Of a DNA stretch of 64,000 nucleotides, positions 60,388 to 64,000 are shown one piece after another. The stretch is from Candidatus Poribacteria bacterium (GTDB lineage: Bacteria > Poribacteria > WGA-4E > WGA-3G): the NCBI GenBank assembly GCA_965214095.1, contig OZ243938.1, forward strand, positions 96,001-160,000, given 5' to 3'. Under the pieces are notes generated by a model that worked only from the letters and a program-made list of their open reading frames with translations, was not told the DNA's origin and made no database searches. The number at the start of each line of letters is the position of its first letter. Positions within the stretch are counted from its first letter, which is position 1. The position numbers and the translations under genes were made by a program.

Positions 60388-63300
60388 TTACTTTCGTATC
60401 AACATTTTTTGCGTAGCATAAAAATCTCCTGCTCTGATAGTGACGAAGTAGACTCCTGTTGCCACCTTCTCCCCGATGTTGTTTCTTCCATCCCAATGTG
60501 CCGCACGGCTTCTGCTGGTATAGAAACCCGCATTTTGATGACCAATTGCCAACTCACGTACCACCACACCACGCATATTGTAGATTGTCAACATAACATC
60601 CGCTGACTCTGACAACTGATACGGTATCCATGTCTCTGGGTTAAATGGATTCGGGAAGTTGGGTAAGAATGCAGTATCTTTGGGAACTTGTTGCTTATTT
60701 GATGGTGCTCCAGCAGGTTCACTAAAACCGTCTAATGCTGGAGGATCCGTTAATGTATAACCGCTATGATGACTTGGTGGATCTGTAACAGTCTGCAATA
60801 TCACACTGACTTCATCCCAATCGAATTTGTCATCGCGTGCAATTGTAATCGTTTCACTATCAGTGTTACCTTTGGCAATTGTAAGTTCGGGTCTATCCGG
60901 CCCAGTTTCATCCCCAACGTAACCTTTGACTATCCAAACCTGAGCAGTCATAGGATACGGTGCACCTGCTGGAATGACGATTTTGAATTTATTGTTTTCT
61001 ACTTTCTCTAAAGTAACCGTAAGGTCGAGTTCTCCTGCTTCTTGTTGGCTTAAGTAGAGATAATTTAACGCTGTAAGGTTGACGAATAAACCATTCGGAA
61101 AAGTCGTTAATTTATTGCTTCTCATGTTGAGTGTTGTGAGAGAAGTTAGCTTTTGAAAAATGGTTCCGGGTAGCGAACTCAACTCGTTACGTTCAAGGCT
61201 AATGGCTACCAGTGAGGTTAACGGATCGAAGATACCGGATGGCAGTGTGGTCAGTTTGTTATTCGACAATGTGAGATTGGTTAACGCAGATAAACCATCA
61301 AAAGCATCTGAGGGTAAAGATGCCAATCCGTTTTCACTTAGATTAAGATTTGTTAGTGCAGTGAGATTATCAAAGACACTGGATGGGACCGTGGTTAATT
61401 TATTATTATTCAATGGAAGGTTAGTTATACCACTCAAACTATCAAATAAACCTGCGGGTAAGGAAGCGATTTCGTTGTAACTTAAATTAATCTCCTCCAA
61501 TGCAGTAAGACCCTCAAAGTCATCTGAGGCAAATGTTTCAATATCTCCACCGCCAAGATTGAGAACCTTTAAGCTTGACATATCGTCAAAGAGACCATCA
61601 GGTAATGCTGTGAAATCGTTTCCCGCCAGCGATAAAGTCTCAAGAGAAGTTAGATCTGCAATAACATCAGGCACAGTTTCAAAATAATTTCCTTCAGTAT
61701 CAAGGGATGTTAGTAAAGTGAGACTGTCAAATATGCCATCTGGTAGGGTGGTTAAACTGTTATAACTAATATCAAGTGACGTTAATTGCGTGAGTGAGTC
61801 AAAAACACTATCTTGTAATGAATCAATGCCATTAACTTCTAAATCAAGTTTTTGTAGTGATGTCAAGTCGTCAAAGATATTATCTGGAAGAGACTCTAAG
61901 AAAATATTCCCTGTTAATGAAAGTGAAGTTAGTCCTGTGAGTCCGCTGAAATCACCTCCCATAAGTTCATAAATACTGTCACTGATACCTGGTGCTGAAT
62001 AGGAAAGGCTTGTAATGGCTGCAAGGTGTTCAGCAGTTACATCCGCGGCATCATCTACATCCGTAATAGCATCAAGAATCGCATCTCTTATTTGCTGTGT
62101 GCGATCACTAACAGGAACAAAGGCACCAGACTCGTCGGTTATATTGATCGTAACTATGATCGTATCCGTTGCCCCAGCGGCATCCGTCACTTTAACTGTC
62201 ACTGTGTATATGCTTTTCGTTTCATAGTCTAATTCATCCTTCGTTTTTAATTGACCCGTGCTGCTATTGATGTCAAACGAAGCTGCATCTGTGTCCGTGT
62301 CTTCAAGTGAGTAAGTTAATGTGTCATTTTCATCTGCATCCGTTGCAGACACAGGGTCACCGATCGGTGTATTGGAGAGTGTATTCTCACCAACCGAACG
62401 ATTCGCCGTTTCACCTTCATCAAATACGGGGGCATTGTTCGGCTCAGCACGGGTAACATTAACAGTCACATCGACCCATGAAGATTGTCTAACGACAGAG
62501 GCAAATACCCTAAAAGAATAGGAGAGTCTTCTATCGTCAATGAGTTCTGTTGTAGCTTTCAGCTGTCCCGTTTCACTATCAATATCAAATAGATCGCCAA
62601 CAACAACGACACTGTATGTGATCGTCTCACCCTCAGGATCCACGGCTACATAAGCATCACCGATAGCATCTCCATCCGATAAATTATTTATGTTGTCTAT
62701 ATCAATAGTCGTAGGTGCTGTAGTAAATACGGGACGTTCATTTACTGCTGTAACATTGATCGTTACGGGAATGGTCGTACTATTATTCTCTTCACCACTA
62801 TCTTCTGTTGCTGTAACGGTCACGCTATAGGTTGTCTGTGCGTTTGCAGCGTCAACATCCAGTTCATCCTTTGTTTTCAACTGTCCTGTGCTTGTATCAA
62901 AATCAAATGATGCCGCATCTGTCCCACCAAGGCTATAGGTAATGGTATCCCCATCTTGGTCAGTCGCAGCAATTGGACCACCGATGGCTGTATCTACAGC
63001 AGTAGTCTCAGGAACAGAACGGGTCGCACTCTCACCATCAACAAACGTGGGTGCATCGTTGACATCTCTGACAGAAATAGTCACTGTGATTGATGAACTA
63101 CCACTATTTGTGTCAGTAGCAACAACTCTTACGGTGTAGGTTGACTTCGTTTCATGGTCAAGTGCGTTCTTCATTGTTATCTGTCCTGTGGTATGATCAA
63201 TATCAAACGATGTCCTATCTGGACCTCTCAATGTATATGTGATTGTGTCACCTTCCAGATCCGTCGCAGAAACAGGTTGTCCAATGTTTGTATCTATCGG

Positions 63301-64000
63301 ACTGTTTTCATCAACAGCACGGGATGTCGTCGCACCCTCAGTGAAGGTTGGCACATCATTCGCATCTATTACCTTGATTGTTACCTGAATATTAGCAGTT
63401 TCATTATCCGCTCCGACCACTCTCACCGTCACCGAATATGTTGATTTATTTTCAAAATCAAGATCAGCAGCAGTTTTGATTTGCCCCGTAGCACTGTCAA
63501 TGCTAAACGATGAAGCATCCGTGCCACCAATCTGATAAATGAATTCGTCATTACCAACTACTATAGCTGTGACAGGGGCACCGATGTTGACACCAGAAGC
63601 CGTGTCTTCTGCAATCTCGCGCGTGGCAGAACTGCCATCGGTAAATACAGGTAAATCCGTTACAGTTATCGTGACCGTAATTGAATCGCTGAGTTCCCCA
63701 TCAGAGACGGTGATGCTAACGGAATAGGAGTTTTTGTTTTCAAAATCCAAGTCTCCACTTGTTCGCAATTGACCTGTTGTGCTATCAATGCCAAACGACG
63801 ATGCATCCGTGCCACCAAGCGTATATGTTAATGTATCGGTGGTATCCTGATCTGTCGCCGCAATTGGATTCCCTATATCTACTCCAGAACCTGTATTTTC
63901 AGCAACAGACCGCGTGGTACTGCTACCCTCTGTGAAGACTGGTGCTCTGTTAGGGTCTCTGACAACATTTTCCTGTTCGTCTGTGACACTGATATTCACC
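60388..64000 (-). CDS. Cadherin-repeat/LRR secreted protein E with CTD; 5' end lies outside the window
   Basis: Frame is open at the window edge; about six cadherin repeats, one long LRR module, and 'NFPNPFNPETWIPYQL...TQKMLIRK'. Confidence 0.92.
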   Translation of the reverse strand, partial: VNISVTDEQENVVRDPNRAPVFTEGSSTTRSVAENTGSGVDIGNPIAATDQDTTDTLTYTLGGTDASSFGIDSTTGQLRTSGDLDFENKNSYSVSITVSDGELSDSITVTITVTDLPVFTDGSSATREIAEDTASGVNIGAPVTAIVVGNDEFIYQIGGTDASSFSIDSATGQIKTAADLDFENKSTYSVTVRVVGADNETANIQVTIKVIDANDVPTFTEGATTSRAVDENSPIDTNIGQPVSATDLEGDTITYTLRGPDRTSFDIDHTTGQITMKNALDHETKSTYTVRVVATDTNSGSSSITVTISVRDVNDAPTFVDGESATRSVPETTAVDTAIGGPIAATDQDGDTITYSLGGTDAASFDFDTSTGQLKTKDELDVDAANAQTTYSVTVTATEDSGEENNSTTIPVTINVTAVNERPVFTTAPTTIDIDNINNLSDGDAIGDAYVAVDPEGETITYSVVVVGDLFDIDSETGQLKATTELIDDRRLSYSFRVFASVVRQSSWVDVTVNVTRAEPNNAPVFDEGETANRSVGENTLSNTPIGDPVSATDADENDTLTYSLEDTDTDAASFDINSSTGQLKTKDELDYETKSIYTVTVKVTDAAGATDTIIVTINITDESGAFVPVSDRTQQIRDAILDAITDVDDAADVTAEHLAAITSLSYSAPGISDSIYELMGGDFSGLTGLTSLSLTGNIFLESLPDNIFDDLTSLQKLDLEVNGIDSLQDSVFDSLTQLTSLDISYNSLTTLPDGIFDSLTLLTSLDTEGNYFETVPDVIADLTSLETLSLAGNDFTALPDGLFDDMSSLKVLNLGGGDIETFASDDFEGLTALEEINLSYNEIASLPAGLFDSLSGITNLPLNNNKLTTVPSSVFDNLTALTNLNLSENGLASLPSDAFDGLSALTNLTLSNNKLTTLPSGIFDPLTSLVAISLERNELSSLPGTIFQKLTSLTTLNMRSNKLTTFPNGLFVNLTALNYLYLSQQEAGELDLTVTLEKVENNKFKIVIPAGAPYPMTAQVWIVKGYVGDETGPDRPELTIAKGNTDSETITIARDDKFDWDEVSVILQTVTDPPSHHSGYTLTDPPALDGFSEPAGAPSNKQQVPKDTAFLPNFPNPFNPETWIPYQLSESADVMLTIYNMRGVVVRELAIGHQNAGFYTSRSRAAHWDGRNNIGEKVATGVYFVTIRAGDFYATQKMLIRK

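Noticed and set aside
33127-63727. Numerous plus-strand Ser/Val-rich ORFs
   Set aside because: They are antisense shadows of the repetitive cadherin/LRR genes.
32737-64000. Diversity-generating retroelement acting on the LRR heads
   Set aside because: There is no reverse transcriptase in the window, and I saw no repeat pair differing only at adenines.

Overview
This is AT-rich bacterial DNA. The gene content resembles Candidatus Poribacteria: three PhyH dioxygenases, a sulfatase, an enolase, a LamG protein ending in a 'TTWGxLK' motif, and many secreted proteins ending in a 'PNPFNPETWIPYQL...TRKMLIRK' domain. That assignment is inference from gene style, not from a marker gene. Bases 1-27 kb hold mostly scattered catabolic and housekeeping genes, an orphan xisH/xisI pair, and a ~1.06-kb tandem duplication that produced two diverged PhyH genes plus a dead oxidoreductase fragment. 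Bases 32.7-64 kb are a co-oriented minus-strand array of giant secreted proteins. Each has cadherin-like stalks and cap-LRR-Ig-like modules with VLR-like 24-aa LRRs. Stalks are near-identical between paralogues while C-terminal LRR heads differ. A repeat crossover, a frameshift, an internal deletion and a decayed relic are all visible, making this a candidate recombination-diversified adhesin/receptor locus. Intergenic regions carry GTAG-type REP hairpins with covarying stems, several nested inside MITE-like shells with different terminal inverted repeats (one has a clean 9-bp target duplication), plus an IS982-like remnant. I recognised no rRNA, tRNA, CRISPR array, integrase or reverse transcriptase.
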